Below are positions 50,706 to 60,563 of a stretch of 64,000 bases of DNA, piece by piece. The DNA is taken from NCBI GenBank assembly GCA_963796685.1, contig CAWCMR010000025.1, forward strand, positions 960,001-1,024,000, in the 5' to 3' direction. Both the position numbers and the translations under genes were made by a program. This stretch comes from an uncultured delta proteobacterium. GTDB taxonomy: Bacteria; Myxococcota_A; Polyangia; Fen-1088. The first letter of the stretch is position 1; each line of letters opens with the position of its first letter. The notes under the pieces are model-generated. The model was not told the origin of the DNA and searched no databases. It saw only the letters and a program-made list of their open reading frames with translations.

Positions 50706-52067
50706 ATGCGTAACTCGAACGGAAGAGAGATGGGCCCTTCATCCATGGGCAGACGCGAGTTTCTGCGTGCCCTTGGCGCAACGACAGTCGGGGCGGCAAC
50801 GCTCACCGGCACGATGGGTCCCTTCGGTTTCGCCAGGGCCGCGATATCCCCGGGCGAAAAGGGCATCTACATCACCGATCTGTGCACGGCGACCATCACC
50901 GGATTGAACAGCAATTGCACGATTATCCGGCTCGATACGAACAAGGGAATTTCGGGATACGGCGAATGCCGCTGCGAGGACACCAACTCTCTCAGCGAGC
51001 TGAGGGCCCTCAAGCCGACCATCCTGGGAATGAACCCGACTCAGGTTGACAAGGTCTTCAACGCAATCAAGACCTACGGCGACCCCTTCAGTCACCGGAC
51101 GGATACGCCTCGACATACCGGCGCCATGAGCGCCATCGAGTGCGCTTGCTGGGACATCACCGGAAAGGTCTACAATGTCCCGGTGTGGAAGCTCATCGGT
51201 CCCAAGCTCAGAGACAGCGTTCGGATGTATTGCGATACTCCGCAACAAAGCAGCGTGTCCGGTTTGCAATCCCTCATCCGCTCCCGTTTGAATGAGGGGT
51301 TCACCTGGTTCAAGATCGATCTTCAACGGACGTACCTGACAAGCGGCACCGATTACGTCGTGCAAAACCTGGCCGGTTACCCCTACCAGTGCATCACCAT
51401 CAACCAGTCGGGCTATAACAAGTGGGCCCAATACGTGGCCGCGTGCCGAAGCATGATCGGAACCGCTCCTCTTTCGACCGACCATTACCAAAACTGGGCC
51501 AGTGCCGCGAACCTCGATGTCCCCTCGGCCATCAAGCTCGCCAATCTCATGTCGGGCTCGAGCTATCAGGGCACCTACGGAGGTTGGATGGAGGATATCA
51601 TCGCCTGGTACTATCCCGACCAGCTCAAGCAGGTCAATGACGGCACCGACATGCCGATCCTGACCGGCGAAGACATGTATTGCATGGATGAGCTGCAGCC
51701 ACTGGTCAACGCGGGGGCGATCAACTATTTCCACCCGGACCAGTCCACGTTCGGAGGGATCCACCAGACCAGGCTTGCCGCCGAGTGGGCCCACACCAAG
51801 GGCGTTCGCACGGCGCTGCACATGTCGGGGTCACCGTTCACGTTCGTGTGCAGCCTTCACATCGCGGCCGGCATCCCGGATTTCCTCGCCATGGAGCACC
51901 ACTACAGCGATCTGTCCTGGTACGATTCCTTGATCGACGGCATTCCCAAGCCGCTGCTTCAGAACGGGTACGCGGCTTTGCCGGAGGGACCCGGGCTGGG
52001 CATAACCCCGAACGAGACCGCAATCAGGGCGCATCTCACCGGCAGCTACTTTGCCTCCCTGACTTGA
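50706..52067 (+). CDS. Tat-exported mandelate racemase / muconate lactonizing (enolase superfamily) protein
   Basis: GRREFL Tat motif; GYGE; SAIECACWDITGK; FKID; WMED; TGED; EGPGLG. Confidence 0.9.
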   Translation: MRNSNGREMGPSSMGRREFLRALGATTVGAATLTGTMGPFGFARAAISPGEKGIYITDLCTATITGLNSNCTIIRLDTNKGISGYGECRCEDTNSLSELRALKPTILGMNPTQVDKVFNAIKTYGDPFSHRTDTPRHTGAMSAIECACWDITGKVYNVPVWKLIGPKLRDSVRMYCDTPQQSSVSGLQSLIRSRLNEGFTWFKIDLQRTYLTSGTDYVVQNLAGYPYQCITINQSGYNKWAQYVAACRSMIGTAPLSTDHYQNWASAANLDVPSAIKLANLMSGSSYQGTYGGWMEDIIAWYYPDQLKQVNDGTDMPILTGEDMYCMDELQPLVNAGAINYFHPDQSTFGGIHQTRLAAEWAHTKGVRTALHMSGSPFTFVCSLHIAAGIPDFLAMEHHYSDLSWYDSLIDGIPKPLLQNGYAALPEGPGLGITPNETAIRAHLTGSYFASLT

Positions 52068-52135
52068 TTTGCGTATTCCTCCGTAACGACGCCACGCCCG
52101 CCGTCATGGCTGGTTTGAGGTAACCTCGGAGGACC

Positions 52136-54244
52136 ATGGTGCTTCGCAAGCGCGGAATCCTGCTTCTCCTCCTGGCCACGAGCTGTGGGGCCCCGCGTGG
52201 GCGCGCTCCGGATGGCGGGATGGTCTTCGATTTCGGCGCCCTGGATCCCGGAATTCTGAGCGCGCCGGGAACCCCGGGCAGCAGCGATGCCGCCGTCAGT
52301 CGCACGGCCGCGTTGCTGGGGACGCTCAACCCGGAAGACAAGATCCAGCTCGTGCACGGGATCGACGGAGCCTACGTCGGCAACGTGGCCGCCGTGGCGG
52401 GACTTTCCGCCCTGACCCTGCAGGACGGTCCCGCCGGGGTTGCGCGTTTTGGCGACGTCACCGCATTCCCGGCGCCCATCACGCTGGCCGCCAGCTGGGA
52501 TCGCGACCTGGTGGAGCGCTGGGGCGCCGCCATGGCCGCCGAGGAGCGCGGCAAGGGCGTCATGATTCAGCTTGGACCCATGATGAACCTGGTGCGCTCG
52601 CCGGCGGCCGGGCGGAACTTCGAGAGCTTCGGCGAAGACCCTTTCCTGTCGGCGGAGCTGTCGGCCGCGGACGTGGTCGGAATGCAGAGCCAAAAAGTCG
52701 TCGCCACGGCCAAGCACTTCGTCGGCAACGAGCAAGAGACCAATCGTATGGGCGTGGATTCGCGGATCGACGAGCGCACCCTGCACGAGCTCTACTACGC
52801 CCCCTTCGAGGCGGCCGTGGGCGCGGGCACGGGCGCCGTGATGTGCTCGTACAACAGGCTCAACGGCAGCTACGCGTGCGAGAACGCCGCGCTGGCAGAC
52901 CTCAAGGAGGGCATGGGTTTCACGGGCTGGGTGATGTCGGACTGGGGTGCCACGCACACGACCGTCGAGGCGGCGAACCGGGGCCTCGATATGGAGATGC
53001 CGGCCGGTGACTTCTTCGCATCGCCGCTGGCCGCGGCCATCGACGCGGGCAGCGTGGCACAAACGCGCCTTGACGACATGGTCGCGCGCCTGCTCGGCGC
53101 CCTGGTGCGCATCGGCGTGCTCGACGATCCGCCGAGCGGCAATCCGAATGCGATCGTGACGTCCCCCGAGCACGATGCCCTGGCCAAGGAAGCCGCCAGC
53201 GCGGGGATCACGCTGCTGCAGAACAAGGGTGCGGCGCTGCCCCTCGACGCGAGCGTCAAGTCCATTGCCGTGATTGGCTCGGCCGGTGGGGACAGCCCCT
53301 TTGCCACGGGCGGCGGCTCGGCCCAAGTCAACACGCGCTACGTAATCTCACCCTTCTCGGCCATTCAAGCGCAGGCACCGACTTCGACCAGCGTCTCCTA
53401 CGCGCGTGGCGACAGCGGCGGGGATCGGGGCTTGGCGGTCGCCGCCGCCGCCGCCGCGGACGCGGCCGTCGTCTTTGCGGCGGTGGACTCTGGCGAGGGC
53501 TATGATCGAGACTCGCTGGCGCTGGCGCCCGACGTGGACGACCTTATCGCCGCCGTCGCGGCAGTCAACTCTCGCACCATCGTGGTCCTGCACGTTCCCG
53601 GCGCGGTGCTGATGCCGTGGCTCGAAGACGTGAGCACTGTGCTGGTGGCCTGGTATCCGGGAGAGCAGAACGGCAGCGCCATCGCCCCGATTCTGTTCGG
53701 GACCGCCAATCCAGGCGGCAAGCTCCCCGTCACCTTTCCCCGCAGCGCCGGCGATCTGCCGCAGGTGTCCACCGACATGGAAGTGCCTTACGGCGAAGGA
53801 CTGGCCATCGGTTATCGCACCCTCGATGCGCGCGGGATCGCGCCGCTGTTTCCCTTTGGCCATGGACTCTCGTACACGACCTTCGCGTACTCGGGGCTCG
53901 GGTTGCGCCCGGGCGCCGCGTCCGGTTCCATCGACGTCGTCTTCACCCTGAGCAACACGGGAACGCGCACCGGCAGCGAGGTGGCGCAGCTCTACCTCGG
54001 CTTTCCAAAGGCCGCGGGCGAACCGCCGCGCCTGTTGCGCGGTTTCGAGCGCGTCTCCCTGTCCCCCGGCGAAAGTCGCCAGGTCACCCTCACCCTCGAC
54101 CCGCGCAAGCTCGCCTGCTGGAATCCCACCGTCCACGCCCGCTACGTTCCGAGCGGCACCTACACCATCGCGGTCGGCGGCTCTTCCCGCGACCTGCCTT
54201 TGCAGACCTCACTGCAAGTGGTGGGATTCGGCCCGCAGGACTGA
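52136..54244 (+). CDS. GH3 beta-glucosidase lipoprotein
   Basis: GRNFESFGEDP; AKHF; VMCSYN; VMSDW; YPGE; PFGHGLSYT; Fn3-like C-terminus. Confidence 0.95.
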   Translation: MVLRKRGILLLLLATSCGAPRGRAPDGGMVFDFGALDPGILSAPGTPGSSDAAVSRTAALLGTLNPEDKIQLVHGIDGAYVGNVAAVAGLSALTLQDGPAGVARFGDVTAFPAPITLAASWDRDLVERWGAAMAAEERGKGVMIQLGPMMNLVRSPAAGRNFESFGEDPFLSAELSAADVVGMQSQKVVATAKHFVGNEQETNRMGVDSRIDERTLHELYYAPFEAAVGAGTGAVMCSYNRLNGSYACENAALADLKEGMGFTGWVMSDWGATHTTVEAANRGLDMEMPAGDFFASPLAAAIDAGSVAQTRLDDMVARLLGALVRIGVLDDPPSGNPNAIVTSPEHDALAKEAASAGITLLQNKGAALPLDASVKSIAVIGSAGGDSPFATGGGSAQVNTRYVISPFSAIQAQAPTSTSVSYARGDSGGDRGLAVAAAAAADAAVVFAAVDSGEGYDRDSLALAPDVDDLIAAVAAVNSRTIVVLHVPGAVLMPWLEDVSTVLVAWYPGEQNGSAIAPILFGTANPGGKLPVTFPRSAGDLPQVSTDMEVPYGEGLAIGYRTLDARGIAPLFPFGHGLSYTTFAYSGLGLRPGAASGSIDVVFTLSNTGTRTGSEVAQLYLGFPKAAGEPPRLLRGFERVSLSPGESRQVTLTLDPRKLACWNPTVHARYVPSGTYTIAVGGSSRDLPLQTSLQVVGFGPQD

Positions 54245-54326
54245 CAGGTGAGACGATGGTTACCGGCGGTGCTCTGCACGGTGGTGGCGGCGCATCGTTG
54301 TCCGTGGCAGAGGACTCGCGTCCTCT

Positions 54327-57300
54327 TCACTCCACGCGCTCGGTCCAGGTGGTGCGGGTGTAGCGTTCGATGCCGTTGCCGTTCAGCGCCTGTTGCGAGG
54401 TGCTGAAGCTCTCACCGAGGTTGATCGACCCTGGTATCTGGTCAGAGGTCACCCCGATGCCGTCGATGAACAGGCCGGTGCCGACGAACGTACCGCCGGT
54501 CAGTACGGCGTCGTTGATCGTGACGCCTCGTAGCTGGTAGTACGCCCCGTCGGAGCGGAACTCGTGCACCGTGATGTAGCTCGTGCCGTAGCCGAACCCG
54601 CTCGGATTTCCACCCGGACACGCGTTCACGATCTGGCTGGCATCGTACCAACCCGTGATGACCTGGAAGCCGAGGCCGTCCGACCGCAAGATTACCGTCG
54701 GCGTTCCCACCGGCCGCGCCCCCTTCGGCAAATTCGCGCCACCGGACGCGGCGCACCCCTGCGTGGATAGCTTGGCGCCGCCGTTGAAATCGCTCACCAC
54801 GGTGCCGGCCACATCTTGAACGCAGATGCAGTCGCTGCCGGTCTCGGTGTCGTCACACATCTTGAGGATGATCTGCCCAGGGGAGCTGCCTGACGAGTTG
54901 AACGTGGTGTCGAGAATCGGCGAGCTCGAGCTCGCGTCGACCCTGGTCACCACCAACTCGGATCCAGGGTAGGTGGTCGAATACGTTTGAGTTGCCGGGT
55001 CCAGGTTCGAATTCGTCACCTGGGCCAGGTAGATCTTGTTCTTCGAGGAGGGATCCGACGTGGGCAAGCGGTCGAGCTGCACCACGGCCGGCGAGAAATA
55101 GATGGGCTGGCCACAGTGGAGCGAATAGAGCAATCCGACTGTCGACGCCGAGGGCACATACTGGTAGGCGTTGCCCCAGGTATCACCGGTATAGGCCGCC
55201 TTCGCGTATTGCGTGCTCGTCGCGGACGAATAGTCATGGGCAAGCGCGATGTCCGCCATGATCGTCCGCGTCTGCGGGCATGAAGAGTCAGACGTCTGGC
55301 TAGTCATATCGTTGGCAGGTAATTTGATTGCGCCACTCGTCGCGTCTGCGTCCACGATCCACAAGCCCTGATGCGACGCCGTACCTGTCGGATAGCCGGA
55401 GGCAAAGATCAGGCGATTGTTGGCGCTGCCGCTACTGTACCCGTTGAAGTAGAACGCCGGCACCGAAGTCGTTTCGCCGAGGTCGGCCCAAGCGCCACCG
55501 ACAAAGCCCGCGCTCCATTTGAGGCTCAGGTTTCCCGGATTGAGGCCAAGCGTCGCGTCGACGACGTTGGTGATGTCGAGCGCGAAGGGCTTGTTGCCAC
55601 CCGGGCCTTCCGTCATCACCAAGATCGTCCGCCAGTTGCTGCCGGTCTGGTCCGTATCGCAAGTCGACCCGATGCACATGTCCTTGACCTTGGGCGATCC
55701 GGCCAGACCAAAGATGTGCTGGCCCTTGGCAGGGGACAGCGGTTGCCCGCCCTGGGCGTAGAGCTTCGTGATCACGGGCAGCATGTCGTTGGGAATGAAA
55801 GCGAAAGCCTCCTCGCCGCCCTGGTAGATCTGTCCTGCCAGGGTCAGGCTGCCATCCTGGGCAAAGAAGGCGTGCAACATACCGTCATCGTCCCCCACGT
55901 AGACGAGTGGTGGCCGCTTCCAGGTGCTCGCCGAGTATTGCTTGCCGCCAACGAGGCCGTTGTCGGGTGACTGGCCGACCACGATGGGCGTGGACGAGCT
56001 GACCGGTCCCATGAGCGGCGCGGGGTTGCCCAGCTCGGGCTTGCCCAAGAGCCACTGCATGATGCGCTCGGCTTCATCGGCCGTGGCGCCTAGGCCAGCG
56101 GAATTGAGGGCTCCCTTGTTGGTGACGGAGCCCGTGTCGCCGATTTGGACTTGCGTGATGCCAGCGCTCTCGTTGCCGAACCAGATTCGGCGCTTGGTCC
56201 AGTCGGCCGGGTGGCCGTTGGCCGCGACGGTCGCGGCATCCCACAAAAGCTGGGCCCCCCCCGACGCCGTGTCGTACGCGCGCACGGTGCCCTTCCACGA
56301 CGGGTAGCTGCTGCTGGTGTCGTAGAGGTAGGTGCTGTTGCTCACCACCAAGGTGGTCGGATCCTGGATATTCGCCCCCGGCACCGGCGCCGTGGTCGTG
56401 TACGACGGCAGAGGATAGGCCGCCAGGGCGATCTTGTCCGAGATACCCTTGTAGACCTCGTCTTCCGTGGCGCCGAAGGTGGGCAGGCCGTCGAAGTGCG
56501 GGCTGCCCGCCACGGCCAGGTTCCACAGGAACGCATAGGTGTAGGGGTAGCGAACGCTCCACCTCGACCCGGGCACGCTGACCACGACATGGGTCTGGAT
56601 GGGCGCACCCGCAGCCGGGTGAGCCAGGTTATAGGCCTTGGTGATCGCCCCGCACTGGCAACCTGCCAGGGTTGGATTCGAATCCGGGTTGTAGGCGCAC
56701 GCGGTGGAGGCACAATCGACCGCCGGGCCCATGTCGCCGGGACCGTCGGAGTGGCCATCGACCACCAGCACGATGTTGTTGCTCCAGCACGGGGTCTTGT
56801 TGCTGTTGTTGGTGGTGTCGTTGGCCTGTACGGCCGACATGTAGCCCGCGGCACCGTGGTAACTGTCCGGCACGACGTCGTTGTTGAGTGCGCAGGCGAT
56901 GGGGGAAGTATCACCGGTCGCAGTGACGCCACCGAACGAGGCCTTTTCGAGGCGGGCCGCGATCATCAGGGCTCTGTCTGTCGGCGAGATGGTCTTGCCG
57001 CCGAAGGTGGAGACGTTCATCATCGGAACCACGTTCTGGTTCCAGGTAGCGCCAGTCGTGGCCCCACACGAGGCACCCGCGCTGGCGCCGGCCCAAGGCG
57101 GGGCGACCGTCGATTCCTTGCTCGCGTCAGGTGCCACGACCGTGGTCGTGGTCACCCCGGTGGACGTACCGGCCGCGGTGACGATGGACCTCGTAACGGC
57201 GGTATAGGGTGAGGAAGGATTGGCGAGACTGACGGGAGTGTAGGCGGGCCGGCCGTAAATGCCGTCGTTGATGAAGTCCGTCCGCTCGGCGTCGATGGCG

Positions 57301-60300
57301 TTGTACAAGATGCCGCCGATGGTGGGCGACTTGCCCTTGTAGGTCGTGAAGTATTCCGGCTGGGCCATGCTGCCCAGGCCGGAGGTGTTGGGAATGGGAG
57401 CTCCCCGGGTGTACTGGAAGGTGTAGTAGGTGCCTTCGTAGACGCCCGTGCCCTGACCCGAGAAGGCGCACAAGGGCAGAATCGACGGCGCCGTCGAACA
57501 AGAGGACCAGGAGGCCTTGATCTGGTTGTACTTGCCGCTGCCGTCGCCGCGGCGGATGCTCCACAAACTGTCACTCCCGCCCACCTCGGTGTAGGTGACC
57601 CTGTTCAGCGTGGCGTCCGTGTTGATGGCGCCATTGCCACCGTAGTCGATCGTGCAGGGAGAAACCGGACCGGTGACCGGGTCGAAGCACCCGGCGTTCT
57701 TGAGCTCGCCCTGGGTGAGAAGCTTGGTCTCGGTCGCGGTCGTGCCGTTCGTCACCCTCACGTAGGGGAAGACCGCCGTGCTGGCGTCGGTACCGGTCGA
57801 AGGGATGCCCCGGCCCTGGTATGTGCTCATGAACCCGAAGCTCACCTGGTTCGCGTAGTCGGAGACGGCACGGCGCAGGGCGCGCTTGACCGTCATCATC
57901 TTGGACGTGGCCGGCACGCAGGACTCGGCCAGCATCTGGTACGAGCAAGTCCCTCCGCTGGGACAGTCCGCGTCCTCGGTGCACAGATTCCCGTTGTTGC
58001 TGCACCTGGATGAAAGGCAGTCAGCATCGCTGGCGCACCAGATCCCGCTCTCCGAGCACATCTTGGCCGGCTTGCCCTCAGCACAGAAGTCGCCGTACAG
58101 ACTAGCCTGGCACACGCCAGTGGTGTAGCCGCAAGCCGTGTTCGAGGTGGCAAGGCCACGCTTGCAGGTGCCCCAACTGGTACTGGTCGCGGTGGAGGTG
58201 ACGGTGCTGGTGCCCCCGATACACTGCTCGGATTGCTCGCGTCCCGAATAGTCGAGCTCGGAGATGTAGCGACAGAAATCGCCCTTGGTTCTGCTGGTGC
58301 AGGGCTCCTCCGAGGAACAGGGCACGTAGGCCGTTGGCAAGGTGGCGGTGTTGGTGCTCGTGGAAGTAGCGGAGTAGGTCGAATAGTTGCAATAGCCGCG
58401 GTTGGTGGCTTCGCCGCCGATCGAGAGGCAGTCGCCGGGATCGGGAGCCCCCGGGAAGGCGCAGGCCCCGTCCGTCTCCGTACCGGTGGCGGTGATGGTG
58501 GTCGTGTCTTCGAACGATTGGGTGTCGATCAGGGTCATCGTCTGGGTGAAGGTGCTCGTATCGTAGCTGGTCACGGATGCGGTCCCCGTGCCGGTCTGGG
58601 TCGACGTGGAGGTCACCGAGCCGTAGGCCGTCGAGGTACTGGTGCCATAGGCCGTGAAGGTCGAGGTGCCGAGGGCGGTGCTGGAGTTGGTCACCGTGTT
58701 CGAGTTGGTTAGCGTATTCGAGTTCGTCACCGTGTTCGAGCTCGTCACCGTGTTCGATCTCGTCACCGTGTTCGAGTTCGTCACAGTGTTCGAATTCGTC
58801 ACCGTGTTCGATCTCGTCACCGTGTTCGAGTTGGTCACCGTGTTCGAATGCGTCACCGTGTTCGAGTTCGTCACCGTGTTCGAGTTGGTCAGCGTGTTCG
58901 AGTTCGTCACCGTGTTCGAATGCGTCACCGTGTTCGAATTCGTAAGCACGTTCGAGCTGGTCACGGTGTTCGAGTTCGTCACCGTGTTCGACTTCGTCAC
59001 CGTACCCGAGGCGGTGAGCGTGTTGTGCCAGGTGACAGATAATGCGTTGCCATAGGCATTGGTGAGGGTGGCGGTCGAGGTCTGGGTTGTGCTTGCCGCT
59101 GGCCCTTGACAATACCAAGGGTTGGCCCCCCACCCTCCGGTCTTCGTCGCAGTCATGGTGGTCGTCGCAGTTAGCGAACCTTGGACAAGCACGGTCCCTG
59201 TCACAGTATTGGTTTCGGTGCTAAGCGGGCTTGTAACTGTTGTCATCAGGGTCTTCGTACAGTTGTTGTCCCAACGCTGACTCGTGACGATCCCAGTGGT
59301 TATGGACGAATTACTGACGGTCCACTGAGGGCTGTCATTCCACGCTGTGCTCGTTACCGTGGTGTTCCCTGTGAATGTTACATTCACGGTCTGCAGAAAC
59401 GTACTGGTGGCCAGATAGGTGGCCGTCGTTGTCCCTAGGGCAGTAAAGGTGGTTGATGCATATGCCGTCGACGTGCTCGTCCCATACGCCGTGTACGTGT
59501 TCGTTCCGTACCCTGTCGACGAGGTCGTTCCGAGCGCGGTCGAGGTGACCGTGCCGTAGGCCGTGTTAGTGACCGTGCCGTAATTCGTATGGGTCACCGT
59601 CCCAAGCGCTGTCGTGGTGGTCGTTCCATACGCCGTGGTCGAGGTTGTTCCGAGCGCCGTGGTCGTCACCGTTCCATACGCCGTGGTCGAATTGGTTCCG
59701 AGCGCCGTGGTCGTATTGGTGCCGAGCGCCGTGGTCGTCACCGTGCCGAGCGCCGTCGACGTCACCGTCCCGACTGCCGTGGTCGTCACCGTGCCGACCG
59801 ACGTCCCCGTATTCGTGCCGAGCGAGGTGGTGGTCACGGTTCCGTAGGCCGTCGCCGTGTTGGTGACGGTGTTCGACTTGGTGACGGTGTTCGAGTTGGT
59901 GACGGTATTCGAATTGGTCACCGTGTTGGTATTCGTCACGACGGTCGAGCCCGTCAGGGTGTTCGAGCTGGTGACCGTGGCGCTCGGGTTCAGCCACGTC
60001 TGCGTGTTGGAGAACGTCTCGGTATCGCTGACCGTGTCCGTGTACGTGTTGGTGCAGGTGCTCGCCGCGGTACCGAAGTACATGCCCTTCGACCCCATGC
60101 CCGAGAAGTCCCAGCGGCCCCTCTGCCCGACCAACCGGCAGCTCGAGCTGCCCTCCTCGCAATCGGCGCCGACGGCGTTGTAGCGGGCCGTGTTTTCGCC
60201 TGGAAGCCCCTGCATCGACTCGGCGGACTCCAGGACGATGAGCACGTTCGGCTTCAGCGTGTCCACGATGGTCTTGACTTCTTGCAGCGGGTTCGCGTCC

Positions 60301-60392
60301 GCATACGTCCGGCCCGGAAGCGCCCAGGTCACAGCCAGGAGCGCCAAGGCTAGGCACTGACGGCGGAATGCGGCAGACGGGGCGGACCTCAT
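54327..60392 (-). CDS. pilY1: PilY1/PilC-like type IV pilus tip adhesin with vWA-like domain and large Thr-rich insertion
   Basis: Signal peptide; KPNVLIVLESAESM (MIDAS-like); NNIVLVVDG; WKGTVRAY; LVYVGDDDGMLHAF; EEAFAFIP; GSPKVKD; YTGDTWG; WTE C-terminus. Confidence 0.8.
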   Translation of the reverse strand: MRSAPSAAFRRQCLALALLAVTWALPGRTYADANPLQEVKTIVDTLKPNVLIVLESAESMQGLPGENTARYNAVGADCEEGSSSCRLVGQRGRWDFSGMGSKGMYFGTAASTCTNTYTDTVSDTETFSNTQTWLNPSATVTSSNTLTGSTVVTNTNTVTNSNTVTNSNTVTKSNTVTNTATAYGTVTTTSLGTNTGTSVGTVTTTAVGTVTSTALGTVTTTALGTNTTTALGTNSTTAYGTVTTTALGTTSTTAYGTTTTTALGTVTHTNYGTVTNTAYGTVTSTALGTTSSTGYGTNTYTAYGTSTSTAYASTTFTALGTTTATYLATSTFLQTVNVTFTGNTTVTSTAWNDSPQWTVSNSSITTGIVTSQRWDNNCTKTLMTTVTSPLSTETNTVTGTVLVQGSLTATTTMTATKTGGWGANPWYCQGPAASTTQTSTATLTNAYGNALSVTWHNTLTASGTVTKSNTVTNSNTVTSSNVLTNSNTVTHSNTVTNSNTLTNSNTVTNSNTVTHSNTVTNSNTVTRSNTVTNSNTVTNSNTVTRSNTVTSSNTVTNSNTLTNSNTVTNSSTALGTSTFTAYGTSTSTAYGSVTSTSTQTGTGTASVTSYDTSTFTQTMTLIDTQSFEDTTTITATGTETDGACAFPGAPDPGDCLSIGGEATNRGYCNYSTYSATSTSTNTATLPTAYVPCSSEEPCTSRTKGDFCRYISELDYSGREQSEQCIGGTSTVTSTATSTSWGTCKRGLATSNTACGYTTGVCQASLYGDFCAEGKPAKMCSESGIWCASDADCLSSRCSNNGNLCTEDADCPSGGTCSYQMLAESCVPATSKMMTVKRALRRAVSDYANQVSFGFMSTYQGRGIPSTGTDASTAVFPYVRVTNGTTATETKLLTQGELKNAGCFDPVTGPVSPCTIDYGGNGAINTDATLNRVTYTEVGGSDSLWSIRRGDGSGKYNQIKASWSSCSTAPSILPLCAFSGQGTGVYEGTYYTFQYTRGAPIPNTSGLGSMAQPEYFTTYKGKSPTIGGILYNAIDAERTDFINDGIYGRPAYTPVSLANPSSPYTAVTRSIVTAAGTSTGVTTTTVVAPDASKESTVAPPWAGASAGASCGATTGATWNQNVVPMMNVSTFGGKTISPTDRALMIAARLEKASFGGVTATGDTSPIACALNNDVVPDSYHGAAGYMSAVQANDTTNNSNKTPCWSNNIVLVVDGHSDGPGDMGPAVDCASTACAYNPDSNPTLAGCQCGAITKAYNLAHPAAGAPIQTHVVVSVPGSRWSVRYPYTYAFLWNLAVAGSPHFDGLPTFGATEDEVYKGISDKIALAAYPLPSYTTTAPVPGANIQDPTTLVVSNSTYLYDTSSSYPSWKGTVRAYDTASGGAQLLWDAATVAANGHPADWTKRRIWFGNESAGITQVQIGDTGSVTNKGALNSAGLGATADEAERIMQWLLGKPELGNPAPLMGPVSSSTPIVVGQSPDNGLVGGKQYSASTWKRPPLVYVGDDDGMLHAFFAQDGSLTLAGQIYQGGEEAFAFIPNDMLPVITKLYAQGGQPLSPAKGQHIFGLAGSPKVKDMCIGSTCDTDQTGSNWRTILVMTEGPGGNKPFALDITNVVDATLGLNPGNLSLKWSAGFVGGAWADLGETTSVPAFYFNGYSSGSANNRLIFASGYPTGTASHQGLWIVDADATSGAIKLPANDMTSQTSDSSCPQTRTIMADIALAHDYSSATSTQYAKAAYTGDTWGNAYQYVPSASTVGLLYSLHCGQPIYFSPAVVQLDRLPTSDPSSKNKIYLAQVTNSNLDPATQTYSTTYPGSELVVTRVDASSSSPILDTTFNSSGSSPGQIILKMCDDTETGSDCICVQDVAGTVVSDFNGGAKLSTQGCAASGGANLPKGARPVGTPTVILRSDGLGFQVITGWYDASQIVNACPGGNPSGFGYGTSYITVHEFRSDGAYYQLRGVTINDAVLTGGTFVGTGLFIDGIGVTSDQIPGSINLGESFSTSQQALNGNGIERYTRTTWTERVE
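58608..59978 (-). repeat. Coding tandem arrays: 18-bp (TVTNSN) and 24-bp (TAYGTVTT) units in four blocks
   Basis: 6-mer x~7 (59853-59978), 8-mer x19 (59397-59852), unique 125 aa, 6-mer x19 (58680-59021), 8-mer x3 (58608-58679). Confidence 0.9.
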
Positions 60393-60563
60393 GGTGTGGC
60401 TTTCCTGGTTTCGCATGTAGCAAGCCGGCGGCCATCTCCGGGAACCCGGAAATGGTCAGTCATTTCATGGCTAACCAGGCACATGGCTGGTGGGGATCTG
60501 TCGGTGCCTATGCTGCATTGGACCACCTCCACGTGCGCACGCATTGCGGACCACGCAACTTTT

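Noticed and set aside
59022-59396. Diversity-generating retroelement target in the PilY1 tip
   Set aside because: No reverse transcriptase or template repeat in the window
58608-59978. CRISPR-like appearance of regular repeats
   Set aside because: Units are contiguous 18/24-bp in-frame coding repeats with no spacers and no cas genes
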